This document shows, piece by piece, positions 10,610 to 19,265 of a stretch of 64,000 nucleotides of DNA. Within the stretch, counting starts at the first letter, position 1. The number at the start of each line of letters is the position of its first letter. This DNA comes from Syntrophales bacterium (GTDB taxonomy: Bacteria > Desulfobacterota > Syntrophia > Syntrophales > UBA4778). The position numbers were made by a program, and so were the translations under genes. Location: contig CAXXQE010000001.1 of NCBI GenBank assembly GCA_963665615.2, forward strand, positions 201,151 through 265,150, read 5' to 3'. The notes under the pieces are model-generated. The model did not search any database. It saw nothing but the letters and a program-made list of their open reading frames with translations, and was not told the origin of the DNA.

Positions 10610-10636
10610 GGAGGTCTCAATCCGAGGCTTCATTTT

Positions 10637-10754
10637 GAATTCTTTAGCGAGGGCGTTCCCCGCTGCTTGAGGCGGGATAAACGAGCGCATAAGGACAAAC
10701 CATCTACCTTGGGAATCGGAGATTCGCCGGAGCTTGCGCCGGTGAGTCTTCAAT
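10637..10754 (+). repeat. 118-bp dispersed repeat, copy A
   Basis: Alignable end to end with the copies at 30848, 37428(-), 41140, 42963 and 46199. Shared blocks: GAATTCTT.AGCGAG, a GC hairpin, TAAACGAGCG, GGGAATCGGAGATT, GCCGGAGCTTGCGCCGG and GAGTCTTCAAT. It ends 33 nt before the start codon at 10788. Confidence 0.85.
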
Positions 10755-10787
10755 ACAAATGATCTGTAACTTATGAGGAGGAACTAA

Positions 10788-12039
10788 ATGAGCGGATGGC
10801 TGTCGCCCCTACCTGTTAGAGATGCGTATGATGCAATAATGCGTAAACTCGATTACCCTAGTTCTGAGACGCTTCGGAGGATTCTGGAACTATCAATGAG
10901 CCTGGAGGAAGCAGAACTGCTGCTCGCGATGCCCGGAACGGTTTCATCGCTAGCTGAGAAGGTAAATCGCGGACAGGAGGCAGTGAAAAACCAGATTGAG
11001 AGAATGTTCTGGGTTGGTTTAATTATGGAACAAGCGAATCCGGATGGCACGATTACATACTCACCGCCGTCTCCTGTATGGTGCATCGAAACGGCTAATG
11101 ATCAGATGATGTGGGCCGTTGGAGGAAACTATGCGCCCAAGTCAGGAAAGACGACGGCTCAGGATTTGTGGAGTCGTTTGGATGATATAACATTAGAAAT
11201 ATCAGATCTCTGGAATAAGTTCTTCTATGAAGAATGGTATAGATGGCAACGTACAAATGAGCTGGTGCACCGTAATGTAGATATCCTCGGGGGGGCAGCA
11301 GGCCTGGCCCGATCATATGGGCTCATGCCTGCTGCTTTATCGCTGATAAAAAGCGAAGCGCTTGGCACTGAAATTCTTCCCGACTGGGATTTGCGGGAAA
11401 TCGCAAAAAAAGCTGAAAAGGGCATCTACTGTCGTGCGTGCACCTGCCGAACCAGGAATATGGGATGCGATGTTCCCCTCTGGTTATGCTGTGCCATTTG
11501 GGATGGCATGCCGGGCAGAGATGCTGGTGTTGAAATAAAAGCGGATAGGCGGGGGCAACTCCATAAATACTCCGGTGAAGAGTGGTTGGAAATCCTCATC
11601 CGTGGCGAAGAAGAACATATGATGGTCCATACAGGTGACTCATGGATGAGTGTCTGCAATTGTTGCCGGGATTGCTGCAACTGGCTTGAGCCCCTTAGAT
11701 TATATACCGCCGAGCCATGGGAGGGGGTTCACCCTTCACCCTATCGTGCGGTTGTCAATAGAGAGGTGTGCGAAGGCTGTACCCAGGACTGTTTCCCCCC
11801 GCTGCGCATTCAAGGTGATTGAAGGCGAAAAGGATCCAGCCACCGGTAAAGTGAAACCCCATATTGATCCCGACAAGTGTGTCGGGTGCGGTCAGTGTGT
11901 CGTGGGTTGCAAGGTTCAGGGTGCCATCAAAATGGAACTGGCGGAAAAGGCGGGAGCTCGCATTCCCCTGTTGGGTGGCAGGGCAAAAGTTCCGGCAAGT
12001 ATCATTGGTCCGAGACCAAAAATTCCGAGCCGGAGATAA
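10788..12039 (+). pseudogene. Winged-helix / poly-cysteine / di-ferredoxin protein, paralog 3, broken by a +1 frameshift
   Basis: ORFs 10788..11822 and 11650..12039 together are collinear with paralog 2. The frame changes at a C6 run (11795-11800), where paralog 2 has C5. Removing one C restores ..CFPRCAFKVIEG.. and a 416-aa protein. Confidence 0.85.
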
Positions 12040-12101
12040 TTATAGGAGTCAGCAGTGACGTGGACAGATTCACTATCGCTCAGGCGTCCTCGCATTGAAG
12101 G

Positions 12102-14063
12102 ATGAGTATGGAGAAAATAATGGATTTCACAAATTTATTTTCAAGTATCAAAGTCAAAAATATTGAACTCCGTAATCGTATCGTTATGCTTCCAATGAGT
12201 ACAAACTATTTCGACGAAGACGGAACCGTTGGAGATCGGTTTATCAACTTCTTTGTAGCCAGGGCTAGAGGTGGTGTCGGGCTCATTGATATTCCTTTTA
12301 GTCCAATAGATGATGGCGCTCATAATGAACCCGGGCTTTTTCACAGCCGCTTTATTCCCGGCATTCATAACCTGACTTCCCGTATTCACGACCATGGCGC
12401 CAAGGTAGCAGCACAATTGATTATCTCTTATAAGGCGATGCTTCATAATGGCATCGCAGAAGTCATTGGCCCTTCTGCGATTTTTAATAAGATGATGCGC
12501 TGTGTTCCGAGAGAATTGACGAAGCAGGAAATTCATTCAATTGTTAAGGCATACGGCGCAGCTGCAGCACGAGCCCGTGAGGGCGGATTCGATGCAGTTG
12601 ATGTTCTTGTCGGAGCTGGCTATCTGTTGAATCGCTTCCTTTCACCAATCAGTAACAATAGGACGGATGAATATGGTGGCAATCTTGAGAACAGAATGAG
12701 AATTATCCTGGAAGTGATCAAAAGTATCAAAATGGAAGCCGGCGATGATTTCCCCATATTTTGCCGACTCAATGTGGAAGAGAAAATGCCGGGAGGACAC
12801 ACCATTGAGGATTCGAAAGAGGTTTTGAGAGAACTGGAAAGAAATGGCATTGATATGTTCATTCTTTATACCGGTTGGCACGAATCCCCCATCCCTACGG
12901 TAGGACCATTTGTTGCAAAAGGTGCTTTTTCCGACCTCGCGGAGAAGATGAAAGAGACTGTTCAATTGCCGGTTGTTGCGTCGAATAGAATCAACGATCC
13001 ATTCATCGCAGAAAAATTACTGTCAGAAGAAAAGGCAGATCTGATTGGCATGGCACGTGCGCTATTGGCAGATCCGGAATTTGCAAATAAAGCTCGTGAA
13101 GGCAGGGTTGATGAGATTGTGCCGTGCATAGCCTGTGGTGAATGTTTGGGGCAACTCTTGCAGGCTGCCTATAAGACGGAGTCATTTCAATCAACGGCAG
13201 AGAATTCATTATGCAGTGTTAATCCAATAGCAGGAATGGAAGAACAGCATAGAGGAATTAATCAAAAAACAAAGAAAACGGTTTACGTTATTGGCAGCGG
13301 TCCAGCAGGCATGACGGCTGCAATGACCGCTGCGTCCAGAGGCCATCGTGTTGAATTATTCGAAATAAATAGCAGCCCCGGCGGCAGATTGTGCTCGGCG
13401 TCGATACCGCCAAGTAAAGGAGAAATACAAAGCCTCATTAAAAGCTTATATGCACGGGCAGTGAAATCAGGAGTATCTTTTCAATTCAATACGGAATTGA
13501 TGCCGCAAGATGTCAGGAAGGAGGATACTGACGTTTTAATTATCGCACTTGGCGCAGAGCCCTTTGTCCCTCCAATTAAGGGGATTAATAGACCGAATGT
13601 CTTTCTCGCGGAAGATGTATTAACGGGAAAAGATAGGGTGAGCGGACGTATCATCGTAATCGGCGGGGGACTGGTCGGCTGCGAGACTGCTGAATATCTT
13701 GTAGAAAATGGAATAGCTGATGTTACTGTCATAGAAATGTTAGGGCGTCTGGCCGATAATGTTTCATCTGCAAACCGACCATTTCTTCTCGAGAGATTAA
13801 GAAAAGCAGGACTGAAAATGTATACCAATATTACCGTTACTGAGATTACGGATACGGGCATAGTATATGTGAGCGAGACAGGTTCAGGAACGATGCCGGC
13901 TGAATGTGTTGTTCTTGCTGCAGGCTTTAAGCCAGATATTAAGAGGGTCGAATCATTCGAAATAGATGGACCATACAAGACCATCGCAATTGGTGACTGT
14001 GTAAAAGCGCGTACTATTAAGGATGCTATTGGAGAGGGATATTCAGCTGGAGAATCAATTTAG
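12102..14063 (+). CDS. Old-yellow-enzyme / 2,4-dienoyl-CoA reductase (FadH)-like FMN + [4Fe-4S] + FAD/NAD(P) oxidoreductase
   Basis: 653 aa. The N-terminus is an OYE-type TIM barrel (IELRNRIVMLPM..., ..NRTDEYGG..). The Cys cluster is CIACGECLG...C. The C-terminus has two Rossmann motifs (VYVIGSGPAGMTAA, IIVIGGGLVGCE). This architecture matches FadH/enoate reductases. Confidence 0.85.
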   Translation: MSMEKIMDFTNLFSSIKVKNIELRNRIVMLPMSTNYFDEDGTVGDRFINFFVARARGGVGLIDIPFSPIDDGAHNEPGLFHSRFIPGIHNLTSRIHDHGAKVAAQLIISYKAMLHNGIAEVIGPSAIFNKMMRCVPRELTKQEIHSIVKAYGAAAARAREGGFDAVDVLVGAGYLLNRFLSPISNNRTDEYGGNLENRMRIILEVIKSIKMEAGDDFPIFCRLNVEEKMPGGHTIEDSKEVLRELERNGIDMFILYTGWHESPIPTVGPFVAKGAFSDLAEKMKETVQLPVVASNRINDPFIAEKLLSEEKADLIGMARALLADPEFANKAREGRVDEIVPCIACGECLGQLLQAAYKTESFQSTAENSLCSVNPIAGMEEQHRGINQKTKKTVYVIGSGPAGMTAAMTAASRGHRVELFEINSSPGGRLCSASIPPSKGEIQSLIKSLYARAVKSGVSFQFNTELMPQDVRKEDTDVLIIALGAEPFVPPIKGINRPNVFLAEDVLTGKDRVSGRIIVIGGGLVGCETAEYLVENGIADVTVIEMLGRLADNVSSANRPFLLERLRKAGLKMYTNITVTEITDTGIVYVSETGSGTMPAECVVLAAGFKPDIKRVESFEIDGPYKTIAIGDCVKARTIKDAIGEGYSAGESI

Positions 14064-14248
14064 ATGAGCAACTGGATCCAGATTTCAGTATGAACCTCCA
14101 TCGTCTGCATATAACGGCATTTCGAAGGAAGTAGAATATCACGGAATACGCAACGCGAAAGTAAAAAATACTAAGCGTCACCATATATGCGTCGTCCCGA
14201 ATTGGAAAGGAAGCAGCCTAGGCTGCAATGCATCGGAAAGGATAAGAA

Positions 14249-15292
14249 ATGCAAGAAGAAAATATCACAACGCAAAATCATGACCTCTATGTTGAGCTGG
14301 CCGCCCGGGTGAAGAGCCCTGATTCGACGATTATTCCCAAATTGTTTCATATACTGGCGGATGAGACCGATGCGAAAATTCTCCTGGCGCTTCCCGGCAA
14401 TGTCTCTGATCTATCGAGCCAATTGGGCCTTGACCCTTCCGATGTTGAAGCCAGGCTCGAAGGTCTCTTTAAAAGGGGTGTTGTTTTTCGCAACAAAAAG
14501 AAGTCCCCGGTCGTGTATAAAATGGCCAAGGACGCCATGCACCTGCATGATTGCAGCATGCAATGGCGAGGAAGTGGCAAGGCGTTCAGAGAACTCTGGC
14601 GGCAGTGGGGTGAAGAAGAGTGGCCTGAGACCGCTAAATTGGGAAAAGGCAAGAGGCCCGTCACCAGGCTTCTTGCAGCCGACATCTGGATTGACGCCCC
14701 CAAGGATAAAATTTTACCGTTCGACAGTATTCGAGAGATCATCACGCAAGCCAGGAGTCTGGCTGTTATGCCCTGTGCCTGCCGAATCAAATATGGCGGC
14801 AAGTGCGGGCACCGCATGGAGGGATGCATCGTGATGAATGGTTCCGCCGATTACAATATCGAACGGGGGACAGCGAGGAAAATAGACGCGGCAGAGGCCA
14901 TGGACATTATTGAAAAATGTGAGGAGGACGGCCTGTTGCATCTTACGGGCGCCAATTCCCAGTCGGATCCCGGTCCGATCATCTGCAATTGCTGCCCCTG
15001 TTGTTGCATAGCACTTCCCTTGATTCTGCGGGATCAATACTGGGTTGATCCGTCGCGTTTCTGCGCGCAGATAGACCGGGAGACGTGTAAAGGCGGTGAT
15101 TGCAGGCTATGTTACGAGCGCTGCTATTTTAACGCTATTGAGACAGCAGAAGATGGCAAGGCGACGGTCATCAAAGAGAAGTGTACAGGCTGCGGATTGT
15201 GCAAGAGAAAATGCCCTGCAGATGCGATTACGTGGATCGAGGAACGTACCCCGGATTTCGTGCCGAAGGTCAACAGCGAAAAACTCTATTAA
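14249..15292 (+). CDS. Divergent member of the winged-helix / poly-cysteine / di-ferredoxin family, paralog 4
   Basis: 347 aa. Motifs: ETDAKILLALPGNVSDLSSQLG (HTH-like), CACRIKYGGKCGHRMEGC, CNCCPCCC, CKGGDCRLCYERC and CTGCGLCKRKCP. Its Cys spacing matches the N-terminal module of the 3863 fusion. Confidence 0.8.
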   Translation: MQEENITTQNHDLYVELAARVKSPDSTIIPKLFHILADETDAKILLALPGNVSDLSSQLGLDPSDVEARLEGLFKRGVVFRNKKKSPVVYKMAKDAMHLHDCSMQWRGSGKAFRELWRQWGEEEWPETAKLGKGKRPVTRLLAADIWIDAPKDKILPFDSIREIITQARSLAVMPCACRIKYGGKCGHRMEGCIVMNGSADYNIERGTARKIDAAEAMDIIEKCEEDGLLHLTGANSQSDPGPIICNCCPCCCIALPLILRDQYWVDPSRFCAQIDRETCKGGDCRLCYERCYFNAIETAEDGKATVIKEKCTGCGLCKRKCPADAITWIEERTPDFVPKVNSEKLY

Positions 15293-15374
15293 TGCGGTTG
15301 CGGAGATAACCACACCATAGAATGTCGGCGGGTTGAGATGTTGAAATATGAATAGGTAACTGAGGAGGAGAAAA

Positions 15375-16481
15375 ATGGAGATTACAGCGGCGGTAGTAAG
15401 AGGTCCGGGGAAAGAAGATCCTTTTCAGATTGAAAAAATTGAACTGGAGGATCCGAGAGATCACGAAGTGCTCGTGAAAATAGCTGGGGTTGGATTGTGT
15501 CATACAGACCTGTTCGTAAAAGAAGCAATGTCATCGGCAGGGATGTTGCCCTGGGTATTAGGTCATGAAGGTTCCGGAGTGGTGGAAAAAGTTGGGAGCG
15601 CCGTGACCAAAGTCGTTCCCGGAGACCATGTCGTCATGAGCTTCAGCTATTGCGGTCAATGCAAAAATTGCAAAACCGCGTTTCCTGGGTATTGCAAGGA
15701 CTTTTTTCCACAGAATGCGGCCGGTACGCGCATGGATGGCTCGTTCACCATGCACAAAGGTAATGAGAATGTTTACGCGCATTTTTTTGGTCAGTCCTCC
15801 TTTGCCAGTCATGCTATCGCAAATGAAAGAAATATCGTTAAAGTCGATAAGAATGTCCCTATTAACTCATTAGGGCCTCTGGGTTGCGGTATTCAGACTG
15901 GAGCGGGAGCCGTTATCAATTCCCTTAAGGCGCGACCCGGAACATCCATCGCCGTTTTTGGGGCAGGAGCAGTGGGTCTAAGCGCTATTCTTGGAGCGGT
16001 TGTCTGCGGTTGCACGAAGATCATGGCGGTTGACATTCTGCCTGAGCGCTTAAAATTGGCGCAAGAATTGGGTGCGACACATTTGATTAATGGTAAAACG
16101 GCAAACGTGGTCGATGAGATCAAGAAGATTACCGACAGTCTTGGAGCCGATTATTCCGTTGAGTGTACGGGCAATCCCAATGTGATCTGTCAGGCCATCG
16201 AGTCGGTGGGAGTATTAGGCACATGCGGTTTGGTGAGCTTGATTGCCGCTGGCTTGGACATAAAACTCGATTGGACTGTCATCACCGCTGGTCGTAACGT
16301 TCGTGGTATTATAGAGGGCGACTCCATGCCTGATGTCTTTATCCCTCACATGATAGAGCTATATAAGGCAGGGCGTTTCCCGTTCGATAAGCTGATTACA
16401 TATCGGCCCCTCTCCGAAATAAACAAAGCCGTTGAAGATACCCACACAGGAAAAGCCGTTAAGGTCATACTGCTACCATAG
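15375..16481 (+). CDS. Zn-dependent aryl-alcohol (benzyl-alcohol, XylB-like) dehydrogenase
   Basis: 368 aa. Motifs: GLCHTDL, GHEGSGVVEKVGSAV, FFGQSSFA, LGPLGCGIQTGAGAV, FGAGAVGLSA and GRFPFDKLIT. From memory, these align closely with Pseudomonas XylB. Confidence 0.85.
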   Translation: MEITAAVVRGPGKEDPFQIEKIELEDPRDHEVLVKIAGVGLCHTDLFVKEAMSSAGMLPWVLGHEGSGVVEKVGSAVTKVVPGDHVVMSFSYCGQCKNCKTAFPGYCKDFFPQNAAGTRMDGSFTMHKGNENVYAHFFGQSSFASHAIANERNIVKVDKNVPINSLGPLGCGIQTGAGAVINSLKARPGTSIAVFGAGAVGLSAILGAVVCGCTKIMAVDILPERLKLAQELGATHLINGKTANVVDEIKKITDSLGADYSVECTGNPNVICQAIESVGVLGTCGLVSLIAAGLDIKLDWTVITAGRNVRGIIEGDSMPDVFIPHMIELYKAGRFPFDKLITYRPLSEINKAVEDTHTGKAVKVILLP

Positions 16482-16585
16482 TCAGAATCTGCTGAAGCCT
16501 TGAGTGAATCATATACTACTCATGACTTTTGCTGCCATGCGTTATTTTAAAATATATATAACGAAATAGAGGAGGAAGACAGCCG

Positions 16586-19240
16586 GTGAAGAAAATTACA
16601 TTCAAGGTGAATGCAGTTCCGAAGGAAGTCATGGTTGATGAAAAAGCCGTTCTCCTCGACGTGCTTCGGAAAGGGCTGCATTTTACTGGCGCGAAACAAT
16701 CTTGTGATCGCAAGGGTCAATGCGGCGCCTGTACAGTGATTGTCAACAAAAAAGCCGTTAAATCGTGCATTACAAAAATGAAGGATCTGGAAGGGGCCGA
16801 TGTCATTACTGTTGAAGGACTGGGTACGCCGGAAAACCCCCATTTAATTCAGGAGGCCTTTGTGCTGGCCGGCGCTATTCAGTGCGGTTTCTGTACGCCC
16901 GGAATGATCATGGCTGCCAAGGCCCTGCTTGATGAGAACAACAATCCTTCGGTGGAGGAGATCAAAAAGGCCTTTCGTCGCAATCTGTGCCGCTGTACCG
17001 GTTACAATATGATTATCAATGCTGTACAACTTGCAGGCCAATTCCTGCGAGGCGAGACAACACCTGATCAGCATCGTCCTGCGAAGAGCGATCCGCCCAT
17101 CGGCTTTTCCCATCCGCGGCCGTCCGGTTATGTGAAAGCATGTGGCGCGGCGAAATACACGGATGACTTCTTTGTTGAAGGGTGTCTCGAATTAGCGGCA
17201 GTGCGCAGTCCGCACTTCAATGCGAAGCTCATATCGATTGATGCTACTGACGCCGAAAAAATGCCCGGAGTGGTCGGTGTTATAACAGCCAAGGACATCA
17301 AAGGAAATAATAACGTTGGTATGCTCATTAAGGATGAGCCCATCTTCTCCACGGATGTCTTGCCGGTTCTGGGGTCGCCGATTGCTGCCGTTGTCGCCCT
17401 GACAAGAGAACAGGCGCAGGCGGCTGCGAAGGCAGTCAAAGTTGAGTATGAGGTGCTTCCGCGGATCGCCACGGCGGCTGAAGCGCTGGCCGAAGGCGCT
17501 CCGCAGATTCAACCGGATTTCCCGAACATGGTCTATCCTGTTGTACAAATCAAGGGGGATGCGGAAAAGGCGCTGGCTTCTTCTGCTCACGTCGTCGAGG
17601 CTCGTTTTTCTACGCCCCTGGTTCATCAAGCCTCTCTCGAACCGGAATCAGCGCTGGCGTATATGGATGGCGAGGGAGAAGATGCCCAGCTTGTGGTTTA
17701 CGGTCGATCAATCTGGATCCATTATCACGCGACTCTGCTTTCAGAAGCAGTCGGCTGGCCGAATGTACGCTATATTGAGCCTTATGTCGGCGGCCAGTTC
17801 GGAATTAAAAGTGATATCACTACAGAGGGGATGGCTGCAGTTGCCGCGCTTCACTTTAAACAACCCGTCCGCTATGTAGCTAGCTTGGAAGAAACCATGG
17901 TAATGACCACCAAGAGACACCCGTATGACATGACGGTCAAACTGGGGGCCGATGAAAATGGCAAATTTACTGCATTCCTGATGGATTTTATCGTCGAAAA
18001 CGGCGCCCATGCATCAACGGGTCCGGTTATTTTGGATCGCTCCATCGAGATGTTAAGCGGTGCTTATGATCTCCCAACTGTTAAGGCCAACGGAAAACTC
18101 GTTTATACGAATGATGTTTGGGGTGGTTCAGCTCGCGGTGCAGGGCCGCCACAGGCAAATTTTGCTGTGGAGGGGGCAGTCGAATTGATGGCTGCAAAGT
18201 TGAAGATGGATCCTTGTGAACTTCGGATAAAGAATCTTCTCTATCCGGGCGGTACGACGTCCACAGGCGAAACGGTCAGTGAATGGGCGGTTCGCGGGTG
18301 TTTTGAGCGCGTCAAGCCGCTCTATGAAAAGGCCTGTCAAGAGGCCAAGGCCGCAAAAAGCAATGGGATCCGCCGCGGAGTCGGGATTGCGGGCTGCAGC
18401 TTCGGTATCGGTGGCGGCAATGACACATCTCACATGGCTGTTGAGCTTGAAGAAGATGGCGGCATCACGATTTACGGTGCTGTAGCCGATCCGGGCGAAG
18501 GCAATGATTGTATGTTAACCCAGATCGGTGCGCATTGCATGAATATACCCATGGCTAAGATCAGGCTCGTTGTCCGTGACACGGAGGGGACGCCGGACGC
18601 CGGTATCGCTGCTTCCTCCCGATTGACCTATATGGGGGGGCAGGCACTGGTGAAGGCCATAGGCATGCTCAAGGAAGCCATGAAAGAAACGGGCGCCAGG
18701 ACACGCTCAGAATTGGAAAAGGCCGGCAAGCCTGCCCGCTATATGGCGGGGCACATCCTGACCCACACGGGTCTCGATAAGACAACCGGTCAAGGTCAGG
18801 CGTGGGCATCCCGTCTCCATGGCGTCCAGATGGCTGAAGTTGAGGTCAATACCGAGACGGGTGAGGTAAAGGTTATAAAAATGATAAACGCATTCGATGC
18901 AGGAACGGTTATTAATCCTCTAGCCTTTATCGGTCAGATTGAGGGCGGTGCGGATCAGGGGGCAGGGTATGCCCTTCGAGAGCACTTTGTTCTTGGGAAA
19001 ACCAAGGACTGGATTACATATAAGTTCCCCACCATGGCGACATCTTTCCCGATGGAGAATATATTGATCGAATCTCCACGGCCCGATGGTCCTGTTGGAG
19101 CGACCGGTATGGGGGAGGCGACCATGGTGGCCACGCATCCGGCTATTGCCAATGCAGTTTTTAACGCCATCGGGGTTATGATCAAGGATCTGCCCATTAC
19201 GCCGGATAAGGTTTTGACCGCATTGGGCAAGAAGAAATAA
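16586..19240 (+). CDS. Molybdopterin aldehyde oxidoreductase, single-subunit MOP type (2x[2Fe-2S] + Mo-binding domains)
   Basis: 884 aa with a GTG start after GGAGGAAG. The N-terminus has CDRKGQCGACTV...C and the second 2Fe-2S motif QCGFCTPGMIM..CRCTGY. It is followed by a xanthine-oxidase-family Mo domain. Length and order resemble the Desulfovibrio gigas aldehyde oxidoreductase. Confidence 0.85.
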   Translation: MKKITFKVNAVPKEVMVDEKAVLLDVLRKGLHFTGAKQSCDRKGQCGACTVIVNKKAVKSCITKMKDLEGADVITVEGLGTPENPHLIQEAFVLAGAIQCGFCTPGMIMAAKALLDENNNPSVEEIKKAFRRNLCRCTGYNMIINAVQLAGQFLRGETTPDQHRPAKSDPPIGFSHPRPSGYVKACGAAKYTDDFFVEGCLELAAVRSPHFNAKLISIDATDAEKMPGVVGVITAKDIKGNNNVGMLIKDEPIFSTDVLPVLGSPIAAVVALTREQAQAAAKAVKVEYEVLPRIATAAEALAEGAPQIQPDFPNMVYPVVQIKGDAEKALASSAHVVEARFSTPLVHQASLEPESALAYMDGEGEDAQLVVYGRSIWIHYHATLLSEAVGWPNVRYIEPYVGGQFGIKSDITTEGMAAVAALHFKQPVRYVASLEETMVMTTKRHPYDMTVKLGADENGKFTAFLMDFIVENGAHASTGPVILDRSIEMLSGAYDLPTVKANGKLVYTNDVWGGSARGAGPPQANFAVEGAVELMAAKLKMDPCELRIKNLLYPGGTTSTGETVSEWAVRGCFERVKPLYEKACQEAKAAKSNGIRRGVGIAGCSFGIGGGNDTSHMAVELEEDGGITIYGAVADPGEGNDCMLTQIGAHCMNIPMAKIRLVVRDTEGTPDAGIAASSRLTYMGGQALVKAIGMLKEAMKETGARTRSELEKAGKPARYMAGHILTHTGLDKTTGQGQAWASRLHGVQMAEVEVNTETGEVKVIKMINAFDAGTVINPLAFIGQIEGGADQGAGYALREHFVLGKTKDWITYKFPTMATSFPMENILIESPRPDGPVGATGMGEATMVATHPAIANAVFNAIGVMIKDLPITPDKVLTALGKKK

Positions 19241-19265
19241 TAAGCCATGCAAAAGGTTTTGTTTT

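Noticed and set aside
14213-14226. 14-bp perfect palindrome GCAGCCTAGGCTGC, 22 nt upstream of the paralog-4 start codon.
   Set aside because: It is short, single-copy and could occur by chance. There is no supporting evidence for an operator or attenuator function.
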